A stretch of 64,000 bases of DNA from assembly GCF_018350175.1 (NCBI RefSeq), contig NC_058368.1, positions 165,356,001 to 165,420,000 of the forward strand. The letters run 5' to 3'. Positions 50,421-64,000 of the stretch are shown one piece after another. Both the position numbers and the translations under genes were made by a program. The notes under the pieces were generated by a model. The model saw only the letters and a program-made list of their open reading frames with translations. It searched no databases and was not told the DNA's origin. This stretch comes from Felis catus. Its lineage: Eukaryota. Numbering within the stretch: the first letter of the stretch is position 1; each line of letters starts with the position of its first letter.

Positions 50421-52031
50421 CAGTTTGCAAGTTGAATACTTTGTTGTTAATTCCCTAATGTCCATACTTAACTTCTAAAGGCAAAATCACCTTATTTATT
50501 TAAAAACAGAACTCCTTGTGGTTATTATATAACTCAAGATATATTTTTTTGGATTTATTTAAAAATCCTATCAATTTTTTGAGATTTTAGCATTTGTCTG
50601 GTCTATAGGAGTTTATTTCTTTTAGTGAAAAAGTGTAAAATATAAATGAAGACCACTGGAAAGTATATTTTAAATATGTGAGCATACATTTTATTTTTTA
50701 TGCATGAAAACAGTTTTTTGCATATTTAGGATTCAAAGACTCAAATTCTTTACACCAATTTTTCTTTATCAGAAATACTTTGTTATAAACTAATTTTGAA
50801 GTATATTTTTAGCATATGATTCTCAGACATTAATTTACACTATTTATGAGAAGATGTGATTGCAATGAAATTTCTTACTTATATACAATTCGTGGTTATG
50901 AACAAATGATCTTTTGACCAATATTCAAGTACATATTAACAATGTAAGGAATAAAACTGAGCTGATTATAATCACAATTGTGTAGTGTGGAAAAAACTTC
51001 TAAATTTATGTTTAGTGTGGGTAGCTTGACACCCTAGTTTTTAATTTAAAAAGCTTTAATAAATTTTGTGTTTGTTATTTATAAGGTGATTTCCAAATAA
51101 TTTTTAAATGCTTATACATGCTGTTTGGAACATTGGTTACTACTGATATTGGTTCTTTTCATTTTATTTTGCATTATAATATAAAAGGCTAACAGAAAGA
51201 CAATTCTACTCATACTGCATTTTGTTTTCATTATTCATTTCACAAAATACCATTAGAAAAATGATAAAGCAGATGACTGTACTATTACAAACAGCAGATT
51301 ACCTTTAGAAAGTGAACAATGTCATATGTGTGCAAAGCTACACTGTTTTATCTCAATTGTTGCTTCTCCAAACTTAAAAAAAAAAATCCCTCATTCACTC
51401 AACTTAGCCCAGTTTGTTGTTCAATGCCATTAAAATAAACCATATTCTCCTTCAGGAAGAGAAGATAATTGAGTGGAATTAGGAAAAGAAGTCATTCTCA
51501 GAAGAAAGAGAGCAGAAATGCACTTAAATAGAAATCCTCAATAAAGTATGTCAACAGTATAAATATATGGTAATAATAAACCTTAGTACTAATATCAATA
51601 TTGGAGGGTGTTTTCTGTGTTAGACAAGAAGTAAAAGAGATTATTTCCACTCTATTTAATTCTCAATGTCATGTCATTTGCTCAAGGAGGAAAGGACATT
51701 CAGTACCCTAGAATCTGAGGCCTGTGATAGGTTTATGTGCAGGGAAAGTTTCTCATAACATGAATCCTTCCGTCACTTCCTTAGTAAGTCTTCCCAGGTC
51801 CACACCAGGAGAATTTATGTTTCTTTTCCCCTTATTTAGACATGAATTTTATATTGTTTATCTGGCTTTCTTCACTCAAGACTATTTATTATATGCAAAA
51901 TTTATTAAATAAATTTTTATTGGTTGGTATACTACTACTACTGACTAATGATGGAAAATTCGTTCATTCTTCATTTTATTTTGCGGTCATAAATATATGG
52001 GTGTTTCCTATTGTGAATAGGTCAGTTCTGA

Positions 52032-52200
52032 GCAGTGGTTTTCAAACTCTCATTTCTCAGACAATGAGCATCAGAATTTCCTATGATCAAAAGTGTCAGT
52101 TTAGTGGTCCTCAACCACAGTAACTGAATCCATAACCTCTAGGACTGGGATATGAGTATGAGACTTAAATTTTTAACAAATATCTGTACTAAAGTTTAAT
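52032..52200. mobile_element. MER5-like hAT fragment
   Basis: cagtggttttcaaact start, gcatcagaat, actgaatc...ctctagg, ttttaacaa motifs. Confidence 0.5.
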
Positions 52201-52349
52201 ATCTCTTTTGGAGAGAATGGTTTTTAACATATCTAGTATTATTTCACATATTACACATATTACTTTTGTCTGGACAATTTTAGCCATTGACCCAGTGATG
52301 GGAAAACACGTATTGATTACTATATATGGGTGAGGCTAGGGAACTTTGT

Positions 52350-52575
52350 TGAATGTGCACTGTGCTCCTGGAACTTGCCTGGTAGTTTAAGAAGTTTATC
52401 TAATTTAATTTTTGCAGCAATCCTAAACTTAATGTCATAATCTCTGTTGAGCAGACAAGATAACCTAGTTTTAGAAATTAAGTAAACCTGGCAAGGCCAA
52501 GGTGCTTGTCATTTGAGCAACCAGAACTCAAATCCAGGGCTCTTAGATTCCAAAGCCCATGCTCTTTCCAGACTA
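52350..52575 (-). mobile_element. MIR
   Basis: attaagtaaacctggcaagg...ccagaactcaaatccagg...gattccaaagcccatgctcttt. Confidence 0.6.
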
Positions 52576-52892
52576 ATATCTAGCTTTTGCTTATGAAAAT
52601 GCTAATTACCTTTGGAATTTCTGTTGTGAAACTGAAATAAAACATGGACACTCTTTTGTATCTTGAAATATTGATTATATGGATCATTTCTGGTTATTTC
52701 CTGGAAAACAGGATGGTACATTTTGGTTTTCAGCCAGAATTTATTTCATGAACTACTTTTGCTTTTTCTATAAAAGGGTATGTTTCTCAAAAGAATAAAC
52801 CATCAATTGACCAAGACCTATCTAATTGTGTGATCTGATTAATAAAATTTATTAAAATCTCCTTTAGTAAGGAAAAAATCAAATGACACTTT

Positions 52893-52896
<4 letters not shown>

Positions 52897-52936
<40 letters not shown>
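52897..52936. repeat. (CA)n microsatellite
   Basis: Direct reading. Confidence 0.95.
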
Positions 52937-52937
<1 letters not shown>

Positions 52938-55900
52938 CAAGGAATTTAGTTAAAAATAAAACTTCCATGATATACATTTAAACCAATTCTCTACATCATC
53001 TATATTTATAAGATTGTTTCTGGCCCTGGAAATGCTATCACTCAACATTCTAGATGCTCTAACTATTAAAAGAACACTACGTTAATGTAAAATTCTTTGG
53101 TTCCAAAGTAGGAGAGTAAGTAGTGCATTTTAGAAAGATTTTTCAACCACAAGAATTAAGAAAAAAAATATTAAATACATACTGTAAGAGCAATGAGGCT
53201 ATGTTATATATTGGAAAATGAGTAATTTTGATTTCTTGGGCTAAGAGTATAGCTAATATATAGTTATATGTGGTTCATACAAATGGCAGTATTTTTGAAC
53301 TGCTGGACAAGAAAAATTACCATGGTTCATGTAAAATGGAATTATTCCCATTGTGTTTTGAAAAATGCCAAGAGAGTTTTATCTGGATATTGTCCAAGGG
53401 CCACACAATAAAACCTTGTTTTTACCTCCATTGTAGAATATAGCAACTTTAACAGGAAGTCATTTTTCTTAGTTGCTGTGTCGGCATTTGTCAAGTCTTA
53501 ATTTGGGACTTGAACTTGTGAACTGAAGCACCAAAGAAAAATGTGCAACCATATACCTAAGTCTGTATAGTTATTGGGTACTTAGAAATAAAGTATGAGG
53601 TAGTGGTTTACTTGTTTTGGTTAGTAATTTAAAGTAACTCATGTTTTCTGCATATTAGTGGCAAAGCTGGAGATGCTTTTTTTTTTTTTAAGTAGTCACT
53701 TGAACCCTGAGGAATCAAAGAATTACATCTTTAATTTTTATATATATCTAACAAAAACACACACTTAAATAAGCTGAAATATAAGTAAATTCTAAGTACA
53801 AATTTGAAATAAATTCCTACACATATTAATTTTAAGGTATATGTTTAATACCTATAAGCAAGGATATAACTTAATATATAATAAATGCATATATTAGCAA
53901 TAAGTTTGCAATCTATGACCTTATAAAAAGAAAAAAAAACTTTCTCACAATAGTATTGTTTAGTAATGATAGAATGACTGAAAATATAAAGTTACTTTTC
54001 ATGACAAGGAGATCTCTTACAGTAACAAAGGTCTTGATATGATTTAGGATATGAATGCTTAATCATAACAGAGTATATATGGGGAAATATTTACTTCATC
54101 CATTGTTTAAAAAAGGCTGAAAGGCCACAGTAAACACAGTTCTCTTTTAAATTATATGACCATTATGTTATAAGCTTTCTGTAAAAGTTTTATTTTTTAA
54201 TGGATAGGCAATGATTTAATAACACCACTATATATGATATTTTTGTAATGTTGTCTTCTAATACCTGTTGCAACTTGCCTAATATATTTTTTAAAAAGAG
54301 TACAGAGTTCAGATGTTATCATGTAGTAGCTCTTTGCAACTGTTACACTATTATAATAAACTGAGATTTCACTGTTGAATGTAAATGTAAAACAATACTA
54401 TGTATTAGTCATATATAGTAATTCCAAGTTAAGTATCACAATATTTTGACATTGAAATGGTCCTTGTGTCATTTCTATCTTAAACTTTTGACCACTGTGG
54501 AAATTGCTAATGCAAAAATTTTTCCACAACTTGCATTCTTTTCTTCAGCTGCTAAATAATGGAAAACTACCAAGTTGAAAGTTTTGCTTTACTAATTGAA
54601 GAACACTTTATGCCTACTGTATATGAAAAATAATGCTTCCTTAGGTTATTTAACCAAAACATATGCTGATGACTTAATAAATGTCATATGCTGTTAAAAA
54701 AAAAAAACACGGCCCTGTTCCACTCCATTCAACTGCTCACACAGAGTGAGAGTAATGGAGGATGGAGGAAGAACAATGACAAAAAAGGCAATGATTGCCT
54801 GAGTCTTAGAGTCACTTGTTACGGTAAGTTCCCTGTAGTCAGGTATTTGTCGGTAGAGGTGAAGGGTAACAAATAAATCGTGATAGGCAGACAGAAGTAT
54901 AAAGCAACACGTTACCAATTTTCTACTCGGGCCTCATGTAATTAGAAATGGGATGGAACTGATGAAAGAAAGAAATGCAGAAGCTTAATGGAACAATCGG
55001 ATTATCCAGAGAATTTGGAAATGAGGCACCAAAATTGTAGTCAGTTTATGGAGCTTTCATCAGTCAATCATGGTAGACTGGGAGCCATATATGAGTCAAA
55101 TGCCTGTTGACCTGAAAAATCAAGTTTTTGTATATAAGAATAAAGATGTCAGAGAAAAGAAGAGAAAAAAATGAGAGCAAGAAAGATTAGATTATACCTA
55201 TTACACATTATGCATATAAAGCAGTGTTTCTTACTTAGGCTTGAGTGCTATGGAGAAGTAGAAGACGAGAGAAGTCTATAAAGTAAGAGAGAGAGAAAAA
55301 AATAAATGTAGAGAACAGAAAAACAAGAGAAAAAATATTGCAATATATAAAAATGCATTTTGATTTTTATATCTATTATGAGCAAATGAGAATTCCTTTT
55401 TGGTTTTAAAAATAGACATTGAAGCAGCCAATAAATTAAACTCTAGAAAAATAATAAAATTAGTTAATCACTAAAGGTCTTCAAATTCGGTTTAAAATTG
55501 AAAACATTTTAATAAATATCTATTTTTTAATTTTACTAATGAACTGACCATGGTAACTACAATACTCCAAAGGATATCCATGAATTAGTGTTTATAATCA
55601 ACACTTTTGTTTTCACACACATCTTCTCTACTGCTTGATAAAGGAGATTACTAAAAATGCTAAAGTTATTCATAGCCACCTGAATTTAGGTGAATTTTAA
55701 AATCAGCCTAAGTCTCCATTACTGTACATATGAAACAGTGATATAAATACCAACTGAAAGTGTTACTGTAAGAATGAAATGGATAATATATTTTGTCTAG
55801 CATATATTAGGAACCCAACAATACTCATTTCCCTTTTCTTGTTCACATTTTGCTTAATGATAATGCCACTTTAAGATAATTTCTAGTTTAATATAACCAT

Positions 55901-57124
55901 TAATCTTTCATATAAGTGAAAGTTATTTTAAAACATTTCCTGGGATTGATTTTTAAATATTGTGAGGCAAATTCATATGACGCATTTGAGACTGAAAGAA
56001 AACTGATGCTTTGGAAATCCTCAGTAGAAACACAGTTTATTTCTCACATTTATCTGCTTAGTAACAATCTACATCTAGATTTGCTACACAACAATTCTCT
56101 GAAGATGAAGATAAAGGGTTTATCTCTAATTTATTTGGCTAAAATTATGTAAATCCCACTTAAGACTTGATATGATAAATTTAATAATATTTTCAATGTC
56201 TTTACCTGGGAGTCTGATACAAAGATGATGATGGTGATGATAATGATGTTTGATGAGGCACATAAAACACTTATTTGGTGCAAACAAAACCTTAGAGAAT
56301 AGTAAAGGCCACATATATCTTAACGAGAATACATATCTATATTTTGGACTATCTAATGGTTATAATGTTGGAGTATGTATCTCACAATATAAAAAACACC
56401 CCCTCCCCCAAAATAAGAACTGGACTCACTATGCAGCTGGGATTTCCTAATCATTCTGTTCAGAGCAGCTAAGAATTGAATACAAATAATTATCCAAAAT
56501 ACGGATTTGTATAAACTACAGTTTGTTATGCAGGGGTTTCTTCTTATATATTGCATATTGGGAAGTAAAATGAGGATCAAGGGGAAAAACTATATCATTT
56601 ATATGAACGCTATATAAGACTTTATATAAAAGTTTTACATATAAAATATATAAATGTATGTAAAAATGTTCAGCAAACATTACATTTAAAATAAATAGTT
56701 AACCTTTATATTTATTTTGAAAGTAAAATTAAAAATGGACATTTTTCTTATGAAAAAATATTATAAAAATTAATAATATGAAATTAGGTGAAGATTTCTA
56801 GGTCATTTAAAAATAAACACAGAATGAAAGGCCTAGAAAGAGGACCCATACTAATTTTTTCATCTTACACAGTGTGCTAAGGACTGATGCTATGTGATTT
56901 TTTTTAATTAGAGAAATAGATTACATGTACACTGTAGGAAAAATTTTAAAGCAGCAATTATTTTATCAAAACATAGCCTGTGTGCCTTCCAAATTACTGA
57001 AGGAAACTACTAAAAGAAAACACAGTTATGGAACAAGAAATAGAACGCAAGTAAATAAACAGGAAGCATAAAGTCTGAGAATAAAGAACTGTATGCAAAA
57101 AGACTTAATATACTTGCTTTGAAA

Positions 57125-57350
57125 ACAGTATACTATGATGTTTTAAAAACCTAAGCTCTGAGGCCTAACTGCCAAAATTTGAAATCTAATTTGGTTTCTT
57201 CATAGATGTATAGTTTTGGATAAGTTATTTAATCTCTCCATGCTTTGATTTCCTCATATATAAAATAAAATTAGTAATAAAATATACCTCAATTTTCTTT
57301 TGTGATGATTGTGTTTTTTGAAGATTGAAACCCTTAGAATAGTGTCTACT
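57125..57350 (+). mobile_element. MIR
   Basis: ggataagttatttaatctctccatgctttgatttcctcatatataaaat...aatatacctc core. Confidence 0.6.
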
Positions 57351-57747
57351 TTTTATTATTACCACTTATTCTTACATATAAAAGTAATGAATGAAAAATA
57401 CCTATTAAAAGAAAAAACACTATCAAAGTAAAATAATGTTATAAAAAGATTCTTTAAAGGTTAAATAGTTTACACAAGGATATAACAAGAAATAAAAAGC
57501 AAGATATAAATGTTTCAACAACAGAGAACCAACTCATGAGAAAGGTGAAGACAATTAGAAAAGTAATGGAAAGTTGCAGAGTTAATGAGGAGGCCTAAAT
57601 AATTACTAATCTAGAGTGGAGAAGGCTCATGGGAAATCCAGTAGAGACATTAATGATGTTTGATTTGACTCCAAGAAAACAATGTATGTTATGTTAAGGT
57701 ATGGAGAAACCGAGTAAAATTATAAAGAAGAAAGAAGTAGAAGGCAA

Positions 57748-57777
57748 TGAGGAGGAGGAGGAGGAGGAGGTGGAGGA
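57748..57777. repeat. (GAG)n trinucleotide repeat
   Basis: Direct reading. Confidence 0.85.
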
Positions 57778-58089
57778 TTAGACTAACAAAACAGTGAATA
57801 CATTATTAATCCCAGTGGTGGAATGAAAGTTGTAAATAAAATAAAATGTAATTGTAGTATACTATTTTGGTGAATCAGTGAACTGTATTAGGTAATAGTA
57901 TGAAATATAATCTTCAGCTAATATACTAAAGTATAAACAAACATTTAAAATTTAGGAAATAGCAGTATATTACTCTTCATTAGAAATTAGAAATAGCAGA
58001 ATAGCTTCTAGGATTGCTTTTTTTTTGCCATTAGGATTGTAAGAGGGAGGGCAGGAAAATAAATCGTGTTTGGGGTTATATGGTTATCA

Positions 58090-58828
58090 AGTGTTAAAGC
58101 ATTTCTGGTAGTGGGTATTGCTAGGTTGTCTGTCCTGCCATAATTTCACATAGGCAGCCAGTAAGGAAACAATGAACCCAAATGAAATTAAACATCTTAT
58201 TACTTACAGATGTTGTAGTAGCCATAGCTTCTGTTTTTATATCTGACTCCCTTGCTCCTATTTTCCATCAGGGTGATGCAAAGGCAGAGCAGGTGGGCGG
58301 TATATACACAGTGCATTAATGTCATAGCTAAAAAACACTCAGGACACCTTCCTTCCTCCCTTCCCTTTTTTTTGTTTTGTTTTTTTTTGTGTGTGTGTGT
58401 GTGTTTTTAGAAAGAGGGCATGCACAGGGAGAGAGGGAGGAAGATAGAGAATCTTAAGCAGGCTCCATGCTCAGTGCAGAGCCGAGCAGGGGGCTCAATC
58501 CCATGACCCTGAGATCATGACCTGAGCCAAAATCAAGTCAGGCACTCAACCCACTGAGCCACCCAGGTGCCCCTCCCTTCCCTATTTTTTAAAGGACTAC
58601 TGTAAATCTGATCATCATTGTCTCTGAGGAAAGACATTATCTTTCTTACGGTAACATGTAAGCAAATTTTTTACAAGGAAGTAAGGGATAGACCTTTATC
58701 TTTACTATCCTGTAATGTCTCTAAGTGAGACCTTTTCTATCTTTATTATCCTGTAATATAAATAAATCTGGAAGAAATAGCTTTTTATACCTGGAAATAA
58801 ATGAACATGATTGAGAACTTTCCCCACG
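58090..58828 (-). mobile_element. Old LTR (MER76-like), interrupted by a SINE
   Basis: Repeated atctttattatcctgtaat-type units and a gagaactttccccac end, similar to remembered ERVL LTRs. Confidence 0.4.
58366..58573 (-). mobile_element. SINEC (older)
   Basis: Antisense SINEC ending gagccacccaggtgcccc; flank repeat tcccttccct. Confidence 0.92.
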
Positions 58829-59111
58829 AATGACTGCTGCCTTCTTCCCAGAATCTTTAATCATCATTTAGCGATAAATATTCTGAAAAGTGAGTAAGAC
58901 ATAATGATGTAATTTGTTATTTCTGTTTCTATTCAGCATTCTCCTGGAGTTTAGAGAGTGCAACATAACTCAAAGGTAATGAAAGGGCCATAATTTGTTC
59001 ATGACATAATTGCCTAGGGAGGTTCTTCTAATGAATGAATTCAGCAAAGATGCTGAATTTCAATATACAAAAATAAGTTGAATTTTTACATATTAAAAGT
59101 AAATAGTTGGG

Positions 59112-59572
59112 TACTGAAAGGGAGAAGATATTCACTAATGATATAACCAAAAATGGATTAATATCCAAAATATATAAAGAACTTAGAAAATGTAACACCA
59201 TAAAAAATCCAATTAAGAAATGAGAAGGGGACCTGAATAGTCATTTTCCCAAAGAAGACATAAAAATGTCAAAAAGACACATGAAAAGATGCTCAATATC
59301 ACTCATCATCAGTGAAATGCAAATCAAAACCACAACAGGTATCACCTTATACCTGTCAGAATGGCTAGAACCAAAAAGACAAAAAAAAAAAAAAAAGTGT
59401 TGCTGAGAATGTGAAGAAAAATAACTCTCGTGCTCTGTTGATGATACAGCCCATTTTTTGGGGGACAAAGAATATGGTGGTTCATCAAAAAATAAAACCC
59501 AGAAATACCATAAGATTTAGCAATTCCACATCTGGGTATTTTCCCCAAGAAACTGGAAACACTGATTTGATA

Positions 59573-59621
<49 letters not shown>

Positions 59622-60204
59622 TATTTATTGTAGCATGATCTATAATAGCCAAGATAAGAAAGAAAGCTAAGTATCCATTTAGAGATGAATGGATAAATAA
59701 GTAATTTCATATTTATATTTATATTTAATAAATAATAGTACTCCACCATAACGAAGAATGTGATCTTGTCATTTGTGACAACATGGATGGACCTAGAGGG
59801 TACTTTGCTAAGTAAAATAAGTCAGAGAAAGACAAATATATATAATTTCACTTTTATGTGTAATAAAAAAATGAATAAACAAAAAAGCAGAAACTGACCC
59901 ATAAATACAGAGAACTGATGGTTTGCTAAAGTTAAGAGGGTGGGTACAAGTATGGGAAAAACAAGTGAAGGGGAGTGGGAAATAGAATCTTCCAGTTTTG
60001 GAACAAGTCATGGGGATTAAAGGTACAGCATAGGGAATATGGGCAATGGCAATTTAGTGCCACTGAATAATGACAGATGGCAGCTACCACTTGTAGCTCA
60101 CTTGTAGTGAGCATAGCATAGCATATAGACCTGCCCAAGCAATATGTTGTGCAACCCAAACTAACATAAAATTGTGTGTCAACTATATTTCAATTAAAAA
60201 AAAA
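59112..60204 (+). mobile_element. 5'-truncated carnivore L1 3' fragment within older L1M remnants (~58860-61430)
   Basis: ORF2 C-terminal remnants (gacacatgaaaagatgctcaatatcactcatcatcagtgaaatgcaaatcaaaaccac), 3'UTR, A-tail at ~60195. Confidence 0.85.
59574..59617. repeat. (CA)n microsatellite inside an L1 fragment
   Basis: Direct reading. Confidence 0.95.
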
Positions 60205-60662
60205 GAACGGTTGGAAATTATTAAAAATGTCATTTAAAATTGATTCAAACACAAAAAGTAGGAATAAATCTAACAAAATATATACTAAAATGGGTGTGAT
60301 GTGCCATGTTCATAGCTTGAATGTATTTTAAAGATGAGAATTTCTTCAATTGTATTTTCAACTTTTTCCTATCCAAAATCAAAGCACTTTTTTCCATGAA
60401 AATATATAACTTGATTTTACAACATAAATGAAAATTCACAGATCCAAAAATAATCAAAAGAATCCTGATGAAGAAGAATTTTAGAGAAAATTTTAAATCA
60501 GATATGAAATCTTAGTGTAAAACTACATAAGTAAAAGAATATGGAATTGGTGCAATTAGAGACAAAAATGTAAAGAATACGAACAAGGAGTCATGAAAGA
60601 GATTTAAAAAAAGTTCTTATTTAGAAAAAGAGTGCCATCACAATGCTCATAGGGAGATACAC

Positions 60663-60841
60663 TTTTTTTTAATGCTTATTTATTTTGAGATAATGTGAAA
60701 TAGTGCTTGTTGGGGAGGGGCAGAGAAAAAAGGGGAGAGAGAGAGGCCCAAGAAGATTCCATACTGTCTGTACAGTGCCTAACGAGGGGCTCAATTTCAC
60801 AAACAATGAGACCATTACTCAAGCCAAAATCCCAGGTGCCC
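60663..60841 (-). mobile_element. SINEC (older, internally deleted)
   Basis: Antisense SINEC; TSD gggagatacact / gggagataaact. Confidence 0.85.
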
Positions 60842-62477
60842 TGGGAGATAAACTATTTTTTATCTTATGAATCTATTAGGTTTCCATGTAGAGAAGAAAA
60901 AGAACCTCAATGTTTTTCTAAGATTATATGTAAAACTCAATTCCAGATAGATGAGATAAATGTGTATAGTAACATGATGCAACTAGTAAAAGAAAACAGT
61001 AAAGGACTTGAGGTGAGCAAAGTTTACTGGAAGAAACCACATACATTAAAAACACAATAACATAAAGAAAATATTAACCAACTGGATTCCTCTATGGTAA
61101 AAAACTACTATCTAAAAACACTTGCTAACTAAAGTAATCATGAGACCAATGAAAATAATCCACTAGGAAGAAGAACAGTATATATGTGTGTCTGTGTGTG
61201 TGTACATATAAATGCACATACATTTATGTGTGTGTGGATAATTAAAAAAAAACTGGTATCCAGAATACACAAATTTTCTTATTCAATAAAATAAAAACAA
61301 AATTGAAAAATGTATAAAAGACTTTATAAGATCCTTCACAAAAGACATTCAAATGGCCATAAAGTATGAAAGAGGAGCAATTTTAGTAATCTTTAGGAAA
61401 ATACTAAATATCACCCACAAAAACGTTTAAAATGAGAAAGATAGAAAAAAATCCCATTTACAATTGCATCAAAAATAAATACTTAGGAATAAAGTTATCC
61501 AGAGTCAAAGACCTGTACTATAAAACACCGATGGAAGAAATTAGAGATGATACAAACATATGGAAAGATACTACATGCTCATGGATTCCAAGAGCTTATA
61601 TTGTTAAAATGTCTATAGTACTTAAAACAATGTACAGATTCAATGCAATCCCTATTAAAATACCAAGCATATTTTTCACAGAAATTGAATAATACTAAAA
61701 TTTGATGAAACCAAAAATACCAGGATAGCCAAAGCAATCTTAAGGAAGAACAAAGCTGAAGGTATTAGAATTCCAAATTTCAAGAGATACTACAAAGCTG
61801 TAGTAATCAAGAGTGTGGTACTGGCACAAACAAAGACGCATGGATCAATGGAACAGGAGAGAGCCCAGAAATAAACCCACATTTAAGTGGTCAATTAATC
61901 TCAACAAAAAAGCCAAGAATATACAATGGGGAAAAGACAGTCTCTTCAATAAATGATACTGAGAAAACTGGACAGCTATGTACCATTTTCTTACATCATA
62001 TACAAAAATAAACTCAAAATAAATTAAAGACCTAAATGTGAGATGTGACACCATAGAACTCTTAGAAAAAAAGAGAGGCAGTAATTTATCTGACATCAGT
62101 TGTGGAAACACTTTTCTAGATATGTCTCCTCAAACAAAGGAATAAAAGCAAAATTAAACTATCAGGACTACAGGAAAATAAAAAGCTTTTGCACAGCAAA
62201 GGAAACCATCAACAAAATAAGGCAACATACTGATTGGGAGAAGATATTTACTAATATATCTGATAAGGGGTTAAAACCCAAAATATATTAAGAACATATA
62301 CAACTCGATGTCAAAAAGCCCCAAACAAAAAACACCAAATAATGCATACATACATACTTATGTAAGACATGCAAATGGCCAACAGATATATGAAAAGATA
62401 CTGACCATCACTAAACATCAGAGAAATGCAAATCAAAACTACAATGAGATATTACCTCATACCTGTAAGAATGTTTA

Positions 62478-62701
62478 TTTTTTTTTTAATTTTTTTTTCA
62501 ACGTTTATTTATTTTGGGGACAGAGAGAGACAGAGCATGAACGGGGGAGGAGCGGAGAGAGAGGGAGACACAGAATCGGAAACAGGCTCCAGGCTCTGAG
62601 CCATCAGCCCAGAGCCTGACGTGGGGCTCGAACTCACGGACTGCGAGATCGTGACCTGGCTGAAGTCGGACGCTTAACCGACTGCGCCACCCAGGCGCCC
62701 C
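62478..62701 (-). mobile_element. Young SINEC_Fc-type SINE
   Basis: Perfect TSD tgtaagaatgttta at 62464-62477 and 62702-62715. Confidence 0.97.
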
Positions 62702-62905
62702 TGTAAGAATGTTTAGAAACAAAAACATAAGAAATAACAAGTATTGGCAAGGATGTGTGGTAAAAGGACTCTTGTGCACTGTTGGTGGGAATGCAAATTG
62801 GTAGAGCCACTGTGGAAAATGCTATGGAGGTTTCTCACAAAATTAAAAAGAGAATTGCCATATGTTGCAGTAATTCCACTAATGGATATTTATCCAAAGA
62901 AAACA

Positions 62906-63126
62906 GGGGCGCCTGGGTGGCACAGTCGGTTAAGCGTCCGACTTCAGCCAGGTCACGATCTCGCGGTCCGTGAGTTCGAGCCCCGCGTCAGGCTCTGGAC
63001 TGATGGCTCGGAGCCTGGAGCCTGTTTCTGATTCTGTGTCTCCCTCTCTCTCTGTCCCTGCCCCGTTCATGCTCTGTCTCTCTCTGTCCCAAAAAATAAA
63101 TAAATGTTGAAAAAAAAATTAAAAAA
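62906..63126 (+). mobile_element. Young SINEC_Fc-type SINE
   Basis: TSD aaagaaaaca at 62896-62905 and 63127-63136. Confidence 0.97.
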
Positions 63127-64000
63127 AAAGAAAACAAAAATACTGATTCAAAAAGATATATGTGCAAATATGTGTTTCAAGTATTATTTTCAAGAGACAA
63201 GATACAGAAAGAACTGATGCATCCATCCATAGCTATATAAAGAAGTGATATATACATAGAATGGAATATTAGCCATAAAAAAGAATGAGATCATGCTATT
63301 TTTAACAACATGGATGGACCTAGATGGTGTATGAAGTCAGAGAAAAACATACACTGTATGATTTCACTCCTTTGTGGAATTTAGGAATCACAACAAATTA
63401 ACAAAGAATGAAAGAAAAGGAAAACAACAACAGCAACAAAAAAATAGACTAAAATACAAGAAGAAACTGGTTGTTGCCAGAGGGAAGATGTGTGTGTGTG
63501 TTGGGGGGATTGGGTGAAATAGATATAGAAGATTAAATTCTTTAAAAAAAGGAAATAGAAAGATGGGCAACATTATGCTCTAAAGTAGAGCATAGAAGTA
63601 TTAGTCTTCCTAGGCTTCTTAGACTACAAACTTGAGAAGTATCACAGAAGTTTCAGTCATGGATCTCATGAGTGTGAGATTCTTCTGGGTAGAAAAGCAG
63701 TTAATCATTCATCTACAGAAGAATCTACAGAAAAAGCAAGTCAACTAACCTCATAAAAGTACAAGAAAAAACACCATTAGGAGCAGAAATTACTGATAGA
63801 GATGACAAAAAGACAGGAAAAGAGGACACCTATAAACATATGTTTCTTTGGGGAAAGATACCAATAAAATAGATATTTTTAGCAAGGCTGAGCAAATATA
63901 GGGGCTGAATAAGAAAACAATTTTAAGAATGGAAGGAAGACTATTACATATGTAGTCAATTTTTAAAAATGTGCACTAGAAGGTTACACACTATTTTTTG

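Larger units (their letters stand above)
61430..63550 (+). mobile_element. Degraded L1 3' half (carnivore age) containing two young SINEs
   Basis: Translates [14 protein letters not shown]...[51 protein letters not shown]. Confidence 0.88.

Noticed and set aside
59038..59059. 9-bp hairpin aattcagca-aaga-tgctgaatt
   Set aside because: A stem this short is expected by chance in 64 kb of AT-rich DNA, and it lies in a decayed L1.

Overview
AT-rich, gene-poor mammalian DNA, almost certainly from a felid (cat or relative), judged by about 19 carnivore tRNA-derived SINEC/CanSINE copies, several of the young Felis-type SINEC_Fc form. I see no supportable host protein-coding exon. The dominant structure is a three-level LINE-1 nest: an ancient L1M element (~30915-49340, +) contains a carnivore-age L1 (~34890-45395, +, internally deleted), which contains a young full-length antisense L1 (38862-44817, -). 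The young L1 has a perfect 15-bp TSD, a CpG-rich promoter, intact ORF1, and an ORF2 broken only by one extra A in an A10 run. Other features: a near full-length Tigger1 DNA transposon (5162-8237) carrying an unidentified polyadenylated retrocopy and a 25-bp inverted templated patch; a solo ERV LTR; older LTR, MER, MIR and L2 fragments; and microsatellites. I did not find a convincing previously undescribed biological system; the findings are mostly transposon and repair footprints. Repeat family names come from remembered consensus sequences, not a database search, so subfamily labels and old-element boundaries are approximate.
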